From the IMG/VR virus record IMGVR_UViG_2654587726_000023: a DNA stretch of 11,878 nt; one strand, written 5' to 3'. The notes beneath the pieces are model-generated. The model was given only the letters and a program-made list of their open reading frames with translations. It was not told the DNA's origin and did no database searches. The stretch comes from a virus. Lineage: Duplodnaviria; Heunggongvirae; Uroviricota; Caudoviricetes. Shown one piece after another: positions 1 to 6,184 of this stretch (position 1 is its first letter; each line of letters begins with the position of its first letter). The position numbers and the translations under genes are program-made.

Positions 1-2
1 CG

Positions 3-116
3 GGGATGCTGGAAAAGGGGAACGACCGCCGTTACAAGAAAAAGGCGCTCAGCAAAATTGGGGGGAAGCAGCATGTTTTTTACGTGCTGATGTTCCAGCC
101 TGAGGCAGAAGATTAA
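3..116 (+). CDS. 3-prime end of upstream CDS running off the window (possibly C-terminus of the island replication initiator/primase)
   Basis: Open frame from window edge to TAA at 114-116 (…KIGGKQHVFYVLMFQPEAED*); immediately followed by iteron array. Frame choice is uncertain because all three frames are open for most of this short stretch. Confidence 0.3.
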   Translation, partial: GMLEKGNDRRYKKKALSKIGGKQHVFYVLMFQPEAED

Positions 117-139
117 CCCCCTGTGTGATGTAAAAAGTT

Positions 140-262
140 GCGGGTTATGCGGGTTATCCTGTGTATAAGTGCATTAACTGTATGAATAAAAAGGAAATCA
201 ATAACCCGCACGTAACCCGCAAAACGGCAGTTATAACCCGCAAAAGTGCGATTATAACCCGC
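140..262. repeat. Iteron array 1: 2 abutting copies of GCGGGTTAT (140-157), a ~43 bp AT-rich spacer, then 4 copies of (A/G)TAACCCGC at 201, 212, 233, 254; putative replication origin
   Basis: Direct reading of the sequence; 9-mer in inverted orientation flanking an AT-rich core, with 21-bp spacing between later copies. Confidence 0.6.
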
Positions 263-326
263 AGAATTTCACCGTAAGGGTGTAAACAAGCGTAACCATC
301 AACGTTAAAACCGGAGAGCAGACAGC

Positions 327-752
327 ATGACAGCACAGATAGCGGCTTACGGGCGGCTGGTGGCTGACCCGCAGTTAAAGACCACCAGCAAAGGGACACA
401 AATGGCGATGGCGAGTATGGCGGTTCCCCTGCCATGCAGCCAGGCAGATGACGGAACGGCGACGATGTGGTTATCTGTCCTGGCGTTTGGCAGACAGGCC
501 GACGCACTGGCAAAACACCACAAAGGCGAACTGGTGAGCGTGGCGGGTAACATGCAGGTGAGCCAGTGGACAGGCCAGAACGGGGAAACGCAGCGGGGCT
601 GGCAGGTTATTGCAGACAGCGTAATCAGTGCGCGAACGGCGCGACCGGGCGGCAAAAAAGGTCAACAGGGCCAGGCCACTGACGCACTGAACAGGGCAAA
701 ACAACAGACAAGCCAGCACGATGACCCGTACGGGGATAACATACCGTTTTAA
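327..752 (+). CDS. ssb: Single-stranded DNA-binding protein (SSB) family protein
   Basis: 141 aa; OB-fold-like pattern (…WLSVLAFGRQADALAKHHKGELVSVAGNMQVSQWTGQNGETQRGWQV…) resembling E. coli SSB core, Gly/Gln-rich linker and C-terminal acidic tip …DDPYGDNIPF matching the SSB DDDIPF tail; GGAG RBS at 313-316. Confidence 0.7.
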   Translation: MTAQIAAYGRLVADPQLKTTSKGTQMAMASMAVPLPCSQADDGTATMWLSVLAFGRQADALAKHHKGELVSVAGNMQVSQWTGQNGETQRGWQVIADSVISARTARPGGKKGQQGQATDALNRAKQQTSQHDDPYGDNIPF

Positions 753-788
753 TTCACAACAGCGAACAGAGTAATTACGGGGGAAGGC

Positions 789-1319
789 ATGACAACGCTG
801 ACCATTAACCGGAAGCCGAAAGGCATTTACGGCACGCCGCAGAAAACGACGCAGGCGGCACAAGAGCAGGATAAAACCACATCGGCGCATAAAGTGATAC
901 CCGGCAATCAGAACGCACAGCAGAAGCCCACAGGGGCGACACCGTGGCAGCATATGACCAAAAGGCAGCGCAAAAACCGCCGACGCGTTAACCGCCTCAC
1001 TGAGATGTGGCCTGACTTATTCAGCCATAAAGCACCGAAGCCGCTTAAGGTGGGGATATTCGACGACCTGATGCAGGATATCGCCGTCAGGAGGCTGGCA
1101 TTCGGGCCGGGGGTATTACGTGCGACGCTGGCATCCTATGCGCAGTCTCCGCGCTATTACCGCGCCCTGATAGCTGGTGGCGCACGTTACGACCTGAAAG
1201 GCCAGCCATGTGGGGAAGTGACACCACAGGAACAGCAGGAGGCAGAAACACGGCTGATGGTGCTGAATGAGAAGCACAAGCGCCAGCGCCGGGCAGCAAA
1301 GGGGGATACATGCCAGTGA
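789..1319 (+). CDS. ProQ/FinO-domain RNA-binding protein
   Basis: 176 aa; basic N-terminal region (KRQRKNRRRVNRL) followed by PLKVGIFDDLMQDIA…LRATLASYAQSPRYYRALIAGGARYDLKGQPCGEVTPQEQ, closely resembling the ProQ/FinO domain core (PLKIGIFQDL…LRLYTSSWRYL…RVDLDGNPCGEL); strong RBS GGGGGAAGG before ATG 789. Confidence 0.65.
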   Translation: MTTLTINRKPKGIYGTPQKTTQAAQEQDKTTSAHKVIPGNQNAQQKPTGATPWQHMTKRQRKNRRRVNRLTEMWPDLFSHKAPKPLKVGIFDDLMQDIAVRRLAFGPGVLRATLASYAQSPRYYRALIAGGARYDLKGQPCGEVTPQEQQEAETRLMVLNEKHKRQRRAAKGDTCQ

Positions 1320-1558
1320 CATTTGAAGAAGTTCAGCAACATAAAAAGCTGCATGGTTTTGATGATCTGGAAACCACGACAGCAAAAAAATATCGTCGGT
1401 TGCTTTCTTCCGATGCGTTATTTTTTGTGGATCATCATGATTTTCTGCGTAGCTCACTGACCGGGGAAATTTTCGCAACCAACCGTGAGCAGGTGGAAGC
1501 GATGATCGAATATTTGTGGAAAATAAGACGCAGAATGCGGGAGCCAGTGAAACAATAA
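1310..1558 (+). CDS. Hypothetical small protein (82 aa), translationally coupled to upstream gene
   Basis: ATG 1310 overlaps stop of previous CDS (1317-1319), RBS AGGGGGA upstream; followed by intrinsic terminator; no recognisable family. Confidence 0.5.
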   Translation: MPVTFEEVQQHKKLHGFDDLETTTAKKYRRLLSSDALFFVDHHDFLRSSLTGEIFATNREQVEAMIEYLWKIRRRMREPVKQ

Positions 1559-1569
1559 AGCGATAAAGG

Positions 1570-1595
1570 CCCGGATTTTTTCCGGGTCTTTTTTC
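1570..1595 (+). terminator. Rho-independent terminator after ssb/proQ-like/orf82 operon
   Basis: Hairpin CCCGGA-ttttt-TCCGGG followed by TCTTTTTT. Confidence 0.7.
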
Positions 1596-1611
1596 AGGTT
1601 TTGTAAATTAT

Positions 1612-1761
1612 TTGTTCGTGGTTGTTCCAGGTTGTTCGGTGATTCTGGTTGATGTTTACATACTGATTTTTATGTATATGTTGGCGTGTGGCACTCAGAC
1701 GTGAGCCGCCACAATGCCGCCTGACCCCCTGCGCGATGCCGGGTTGATCTGCGAGATGCCG
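1612..1761 (+). promoter_or_regulatory. Putative regulatory region upstream of the capsid gene: TTGTTC x3 at 10-bp phasing (1612, 1622, 1632), interrupted palindrome TGTGGC-N15-GCCACA (1687-1713), ATGCCG x3 at ~21-bp spacing (1714, 1736, 1756)
   Basis: Direct reading; helically phased short repeats in the 235 bp intergenic region before the morphogenesis genes. Confidence 0.4.
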
Positions 1762-1832
1762 AGAGTGTCGGGCGGCGCTCCCCCCCGTGTTGGTTTCACG
1801 TCCTGAATCTTAACCAATGCGAGAAAACCTTC

Positions 1833-2978
1833 ATGAAGAAATTAATCGAACTCCGCCAGCAAAAAACCGCCCTGAAAAACCAGATGCGATCCCTGCTGGA
1901 AAAAGCCGACAGTGAAAACCGCAGTCTAACCGATGACGAAGGCAAACAGTTTGATGAACTGCGTGCAAAAGCCGATTCCCTCGACACAGAAATTTCCCGC
2001 CTCGAGTCTGTGGCTGATGAAGAACGTAACCAGCCTGGTGTTCCCGTCGAAGATAAAATCACCAAAAATGAGCTACGCTCTTACATTCTGACCGGGGAAA
2101 CCCGCAACCTGTCCGGCAGTGTTCCGGCTGATGGTGGTTATACGGTTATCCCGGAACTGAACAGAGAAATTATGCGTCAGCTTTCTGATGAGTCGGTGAT
2201 GCGTAAAATCTGTACTGTTAAAACCATTCACAGTAATGAATTTAAGCAACTGGTTTCTGCCGGGGGTGCGGTCGTGGGACACGGCGAAGAAGGTGCGGCA
2301 CGTAACCAGACGGCAACCCCAAAACTGAATGAAGTCAGTATCCGCCTGTATCCGATCTACGCTTACCCGAAAACCACTCAGGAAATTATCGATTTTTCCG
2401 AAGTCGATATTATGGGCTGGTTATCTTCTGAAATTGGCGACACTTTCGTTGATACCGAAGAAACGGATCTGGTTTCCGGTGATGGCGAGAAAAAAGCCAA
2501 AGGTTTCCTGACTTTCCCGCGCGCTACGGATAATGACAAAACCCGTCCTTTCGGTACGCTCCAGACGAAAAAAGTGACTGGCAGTCTCAGCGCCGATATG
2601 CTGATTGACCTGAAATTTACGCTGCGCAATAAGTACCGCAAAAAAGCTGTATGGGTGATGAACTCAAATACAGCCGCCTCCGCACAAAAACTGAAAAATG
2701 CCACTGGTGATTACATCTGGCGCGATCGTTTACAGGCTGGTGATCCTGATTCTCTGCTGGGGCTTCCGGTTGAATATCTGGAATTTATGCCAGACGGTGT
2801 GATTGCAGTCGGTGACTTTAAGCGCGGTTATTTCATCGTTGACCATAAAACCGGTACGCGTACCCGTCCGGATTTCAGCGAGCCTGGATTCATTAACATC
2901 TATACCCAGAAATATCTGGGCGGTGGTGTGGTGGATTCGAACGCCATCAAGATTCTGGAAATTCAGGCTGGCAAGTAA
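1833..2978 (+). CDS. Major capsid protein, HK97 family (with N-terminal coiled-coil delta/scaffold-like domain)
   Basis: 381 aa; N-terminal ~100 aa coiled-coil region followed by capsid fold motifs (…LVSGDGEKKAKGFL…, …NKYRKKAVWVMNSNTA…, …SLLGLPVEYLEFMPDG…VGDFKRGYFIVDH…) typical of HK97-type capsid proteins. Confidence 0.85.
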   Translation: MKKLIELRQQKTALKNQMRSLLEKADSENRSLTDDEGKQFDELRAKADSLDTEISRLESVADEERNQPGVPVEDKITKNELRSYILTGETRNLSGSVPADGGYTVIPELNREIMRQLSDESVMRKICTVKTIHSNEFKQLVSAGGAVVGHGEEGAARNQTATPKLNEVSIRLYPIYAYPKTTQEIIDFSEVDIMGWLSSEIGDTFVDTEETDLVSGDGEKKAKGFLTFPRATDNDKTRPFGTLQTKKVTGSLSADMLIDLKFTLRNKYRKKAVWVMNSNTAASAQKLKNATGDYIWRDRLQAGDPDSLLGLPVEYLEFMPDGVIAVGDFKRGYFIVDHKTGTRTRPDFSEPGFINIYTQKYLGGGVVDSNAIKILEIQAGK

Positions 2979-2984
2979 TGAGCA

Positions 2985-3008
2985 AAGGGGGCTTCGGCCT
3001 CCTTTTTC
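2985..3008 (+). terminator. Intrinsic terminator immediately after capsid gene
   Basis: Hairpin GGGGGC-ttcg-GCCTCC (7 bp stem with one G-U pair, UUCG tetraloop) followed by TTTTT. Confidence 0.65.
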
Positions 3009-3027
3009 AGCTTTATGGAGTACACCG

Positions 3028-3588
3028 ATGAAAAACACCGATTTTGAAATCCGTACATCTGAACTGACCGCCAGCGATAAAAAACTGGTGGGTTATGCCG
3101 TTCGCTGGAACAGCCTTTCAGAAATTATCTGGGACGAGTTTCGCGAACAGTTCACGCCGGGGGCTTTTGCTGACTATCTGGCGGCAGGTAATGATGTGCG
3201 CTGTCTGTATGAGCATGACTATACCCAACTGCTGGGGCGTACCAAATCCGGCTCACTGGTACTGACTGAGGATAACACCGGGCTACGTTTTGAACTGACA
3301 CCGCCAAATACCCAGCTTGGAAAAGATGTGCTTACGCTGGTGGAACGTGGCGATATTACAGGAATGAGCTTTGGCTTTCGCGCATTATGCGAGGAGTGGA
3401 ATATCGCGCAAAAACCGTATCTGCGTACTGTAACCGCAGCAGAACTCCGTGAAATCACGATAACATCGATGCCTGCTTATCCCGAATCCGGCGTGGAGAT
3501 TGCCCACCGTTCGTTGTTTGCACAGTACCCTGAATTACGCCCGGCAGGAAATAATCGTCATCGCTGGGCTGAACTGGCGGGGTTGTGA
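3028..3588 (+). CDS. Prohead maturation protease, HK97 family (S78/U35)
   Basis: 186 aa from ATG 3028 with GGAG RBS at 3017-3020; motifs …GYAVRWN…, …GAFADYL…, …LYEHD…LLGRTKSG…, …GDITGMSFGF… typical of HK97 prohead protease; ORF-track start at 2803 lies inside capsid gene and is rejected. Confidence 0.8.
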   Translation: MKNTDFEIRTSELTASDKKLVGYAVRWNSLSEIIWDEFREQFTPGAFADYLAAGNDVRCLYEHDYTQLLGRTKSGSLVLTEDNTGLRFELTPPNTQLGKDVLTLVERGDITGMSFGFRALCEEWNIAQKPYLRTVTAAELREITITSMPAYPESGVEIAHRSLFAQYPELRPAGNNRHRWAELAGL

Positions 3589-3589
3589 T

Positions 3590-4804
3590 ATGTGGTGGCC
3601 TTTTAGTCGTAAAAAAAGCGATCTGCGTAACCTGTCCATTGATGATTTTCTGGCGTTGTCTGGTGTACCAAATACCGGATCCGGAGAATATGTTTCTGCC
3701 GGGACGGCTGAATCATTGCCTGCTGTGATGAACGCGGTTTCTGTCATCGCTGAGGCGGTGGCCACGATGCCGTGTTACCTGTATCTGGTACGCAATGATA
3801 AGGGCAGAGAGGCGCGGGAATGGCTGGACAGTCACCCGGTAGATATTCTGCTGAATGAGCAGCCTAATTCGTGCCTGACACCTTACCAGTTTAAACGCAC
3901 AATGATGCGTCACTGCCTGCTGAACGGTAACGCCTATGCGGTTATTGAGTGGGGGCGGGACGGGCAGCCAAAATCACTTCATCCTTATGCGCCGGGGTGT
4001 GTTGTACCGGAACGCACAGGCACACACAAATACCGCTATACCATCACCGAACCCTGTACAGGAACGGTGCGCACGTATTTACAGGAAGAAGTTCTGCATC
4101 TCCGCTATGCCTCGGATGATGGCTTTCTGGGGCGTTCCCCCGTCACGATTTGCCGTGAGGCGCTGGGGCTTGGCCTTGCTCAACAGCGTCACGGAGCCAG
4201 CATTATGAAAGATGGCATGATGGCGGCAGGGATTATCACGTCAGGTGAATGGCTGGACGGCGTGAAAGGTAAACAGGCATTAGACGCACTGGAACGCTAC
4301 AAGGGGGCGAAAAATGCCGGAAAAACGCCAATCCTTGAAGGGGGCATGGATTACAGGCAGCTGGGGATGAGTAACCAGGATGCGGAATGGCTGGCCTCCC
4401 GTCGCTTCTCCATTGAAGACATCGCCAGGATGTTCAACGTGTCGCCGATTTTTCTTCAGGAATACAGCAACAGCACCTACAGCAATTTCAGTGAGGCGAG
4501 CCGCGCATTTCTGACCATGACAATGCGCCCGTGGCTGGCGAACTTCGAACAGCAAATCAAGGCCGCTTTGCTGGTGACTTCTCCCGTACCTGGTACCCGT
4601 TATCTGGTTGAGTTTGATTCAGCCGATTTACTGCGCGCCACACCCACCGAACGTTATGCCACGTATGAGAAAGGGATTAAGAGCGGGATCATGAATCCGA
4701 ACGAAGCTCGCGAACGCGAGGGTATGCCGCCGCGTGAAGGTGGTGATGAGTTCAGCCAGGCATGGAAACAGACTGTGGAAATTAAAGGGAGAAAAGATGA
4801 GTGA
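3590..4804 (+). CDS. Portal protein, HK97 family
   Basis: ~404 aa from ATG 3590 (2 nt after protease stop); portal motifs …LLNGNAYAVIEW…, …HLRY…GRSPV…, …LEGGMDY…, …SRRFSIEDIARMFNVSPIFL…. Confidence 0.85.
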   Translation: MWWPFSRKKSDLRNLSIDDFLALSGVPNTGSGEYVSAGTAESLPAVMNAVSVIAEAVATMPCYLYLVRNDKGREAREWLDSHPVDILLNEQPNSCLTPYQFKRTMMRHCLLNGNAYAVIEWGRDGQPKSLHPYAPGCVVPERTGTHKYRYTITEPCTGTVRTYLQEEVLHLRYASDDGFLGRSPVTICREALGLGLAQQRHGASIMKDGMMAAGIITSGEWLDGVKGKQALDALERYKGAKNAGKTPILEGGMDYRQLGMSNQDAEWLASRRFSIEDIARMFNVSPIFLQEYSNSTYSNFSEASRAFLTMTMRPWLANFEQQIKAALLVTSPVPGTRYLVEFDSADLLRATPTERYATYEKGIKSGIMNPNEAREREGMPPREGGDEFSQAWKQTVEIKGRKDE

Positions 4805-5099
4805 AGCCAGAATTACACCTGATGAAGTCAGGGCACATCTTCGACTTGATGATGATTTATCCGGTGAAGGCGAACTTCTGAAAATGTATACCGATGCGGC
4901 GCTGGAAGCCTGCCAGAAGCATATCGGGAAACGTTTTGAAGACGGGCTGGAATTTACCCCGGCAATGCGTGTTGGTTGCCTGATGTACATCGCTTTCCTG
5001 TACGAGAACAGGGAAGCAGTTTCACCAGTGGAGCAGTCTGAACTGCCTATGGCTATTTCTGCGCTCTGGTCGGTTTATCGTGATGTGGGGGTGTACTGA
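4797..5099 (+). CDS. Head-tail connector / DNA-packaging protein (phage gp6-like)
   Basis: 100 aa from ATG 4797 (overlaps portal stop in ATGAGTGA), RBS GGGAGA; N-terminus MSEARITPDEVRAHLRLDDD…LLKMYTDAALEA resembles gp6-like head-tail connector family. Confidence 0.55.
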   Translation: MSEARITPDEVRAHLRLDDDLSGEGELLKMYTDAALEACQKHIGKRFEDGLEFTPAMRVGCLMYIAFLYENREAVSPVEQSELPMAISALWSVYRDVGVY

Positions 5100-5539
5100 T
5101 GCCGTGGCAACCATTAAGGCGATGCACTGAGCCGGGCTGTAATAAGCGCGTGAAGTCCGGCAAGTGTGAAGAGCACAGACGGGCTGTATGGCGTGCAGAG
5201 GATGCCAGACGGGGACACCGCCGCGCGCGCGGGTATTCCCGACAGTGGGACAAATACCGCGCCCTGTACCTGAGCAAAAACCCGTTATGCGTGCGTTGTC
5301 TGGCTAAGGGGATTTATACGCCAGCTCTTGTGGTGGATCACATCATCCCCATCAATGGCGGCGGTGATGTTCTCTTCTGGCCTGAGTGGAACCACCAGGC
5401 ATTGTGCCAGACGTGCCACAACCGTAAGACGACACGGGAAGATCCAGCCACGAAAGCGAACCGTAAGGCGGGCATGTATCGCGAGCAGGAAGAACGGGCA
5501 GCACACCGTAACGACTGGATGTATGGCGATGATGACTGA
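5099..5539 (+). CDS. HNH endonuclease (packaging-associated)
   Basis: 146 aa; start ATG overlaps connector stop (TGATG); Cys-rich zinc region and HNH core …VVDHIIPINGGGDV…WNHQALCQTCHNRKT…; positioned just upstream of terS as in HNH-dependent cos packaging systems. Confidence 0.8.
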   Translation: MPWQPLRRCTEPGCNKRVKSGKCEEHRRAVWRAEDARRGHRRARGYSRQWDKYRALYLSKNPLCVRCLAKGIYTPALVVDHIIPINGGGDVLFWPEWNHQALCQTCHNRKTTREDPATKANRKAGMYREQEERAAHRNDWMYGDDD

Positions 5540-5708
5540 ACAGGAGCAAACCAGGCTGATACGTGGACTGATAAGGCAGCGTGACTTATGGAAGACACAG
5601 GAGACAGGGCACAAAGCCAACAGGACAGGGCGCACAGAACGCACCACAGCGAAGCAATTAACCGACCGTGACCGCGAGGTCATGGAATGTTTTCGCAATC
5701 GCTGGTGA
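5529..5708 (+). CDS. Hypothetical small basic protein (59 aa)
   Basis: ATG 5529 overlapping end of HNH gene in another frame; Arg-rich MMTEQEQTRLIRGLIRQRDLWKTQETGHK…; no clear RBS; could be non-coding. Confidence 0.3.
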   Translation: MMTEQEQTRLIRGLIRQRDLWKTQETGHKANRTGRTERTTAKQLTDRDREVMECFRNRW

Positions 5709-5827
5709 GGCCGTCAGAGGGGGTGGGGGTGGTTTTCAGGACGAAACCGTCCCTGCCGGACACCGACCGCCTCCTCAAATTTTTGTGCACGGGAATTTTT
5801 TTGAAAATAATTGGGCGAAAAAAGAAC

Positions 5828-6184
5828 ATGGCAAGACCACCAAAAGCCCCCGCTTACCTGGATGAAATCGCGGTCAGGCAGTGGAAGGAAAAATCGCGCC
5901 AGCTTTCCGGACGGGAAGACCTTACCCCCGCCGACTGGAGCAATCTGGAGCTGTATTGCGTTAACTACTCCATATACCGCAAAGCCGTCGAAGACCTTGC
6001 CACGCGCGGGTTCAGCATTGTTAACAGTCAGGGCAGCGAGAGCAGAAACCCTGCCCTGAGCGCAAAGGCTGACGCTGAAAGAATAATGATCAAAATGGCT
6101 TCTTTGCTGGGTTTTGACCCGGTAAGTCGCCGCAGAAATCCACCGGAAACAGAGGAAGAGGACGAGCTTGACCGCCTGGCATGA
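5828..6184 (+). CDS. Terminase small subunit (P27-like)
   Basis: 118 aa from ATG 5828; …PADWSNLELYCVNYSIYRKAVEDLATRGFSIVNSQGSESRNPALSAKADAERIMIKMASLLGFDP… resembles P27-family small terminase; directly precedes and overlaps terL. Confidence 0.65.
   Translation: MARPPKAPAYLDEIAVRQWKEKSRQLSGREDLTPADWSNLELYCVNYSIYRKAVEDLATRGFSIVNSQGSESRNPALSAKADAERIMIKMASLLGFDPVSRRRNPPETEEEDELDRLA

Noticed and set aside
140-262. CRISPR array as explanation for the repeated 9-mers (also 8374-8526)
   Set aside because: Repeats are only 9 bp, occur in inverted orientation around an AT-rich core, have irregular short spacers and no cas genes nearby; iteron-type origin is a better fit.
471-953. 160-aa minus-strand ORF overlapping the ssb-like and ProQ/FinO-like genes (and similar antisense ORFs at 154-513, 347-655, 1087-1478)
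   Set aside because: Entirely antisense to better-supported + strand genes with recognisable protein features; Cys/Arg-rich composition typical of spurious antisense frames.
1597-1832. P2/P4-type late promoter (Ogr/Delta TGT-N12-ACA element) in front of the capsid gene
   Set aside because: The palindrome found has TGT and ACA separated by 21 nt, not 12; no clean match to the known element, so only generic repeats are reported.
2073-4990. Multiple minus-strand ORFs inside the capsid, protease and portal genes (e.g. 2378-2704, 2730-3038, 3219-3458, 3535-3765, 4280-4555, 4628-4990)
   Set aside because: Embedded antisense within strongly supported structural genes; no independent signals.
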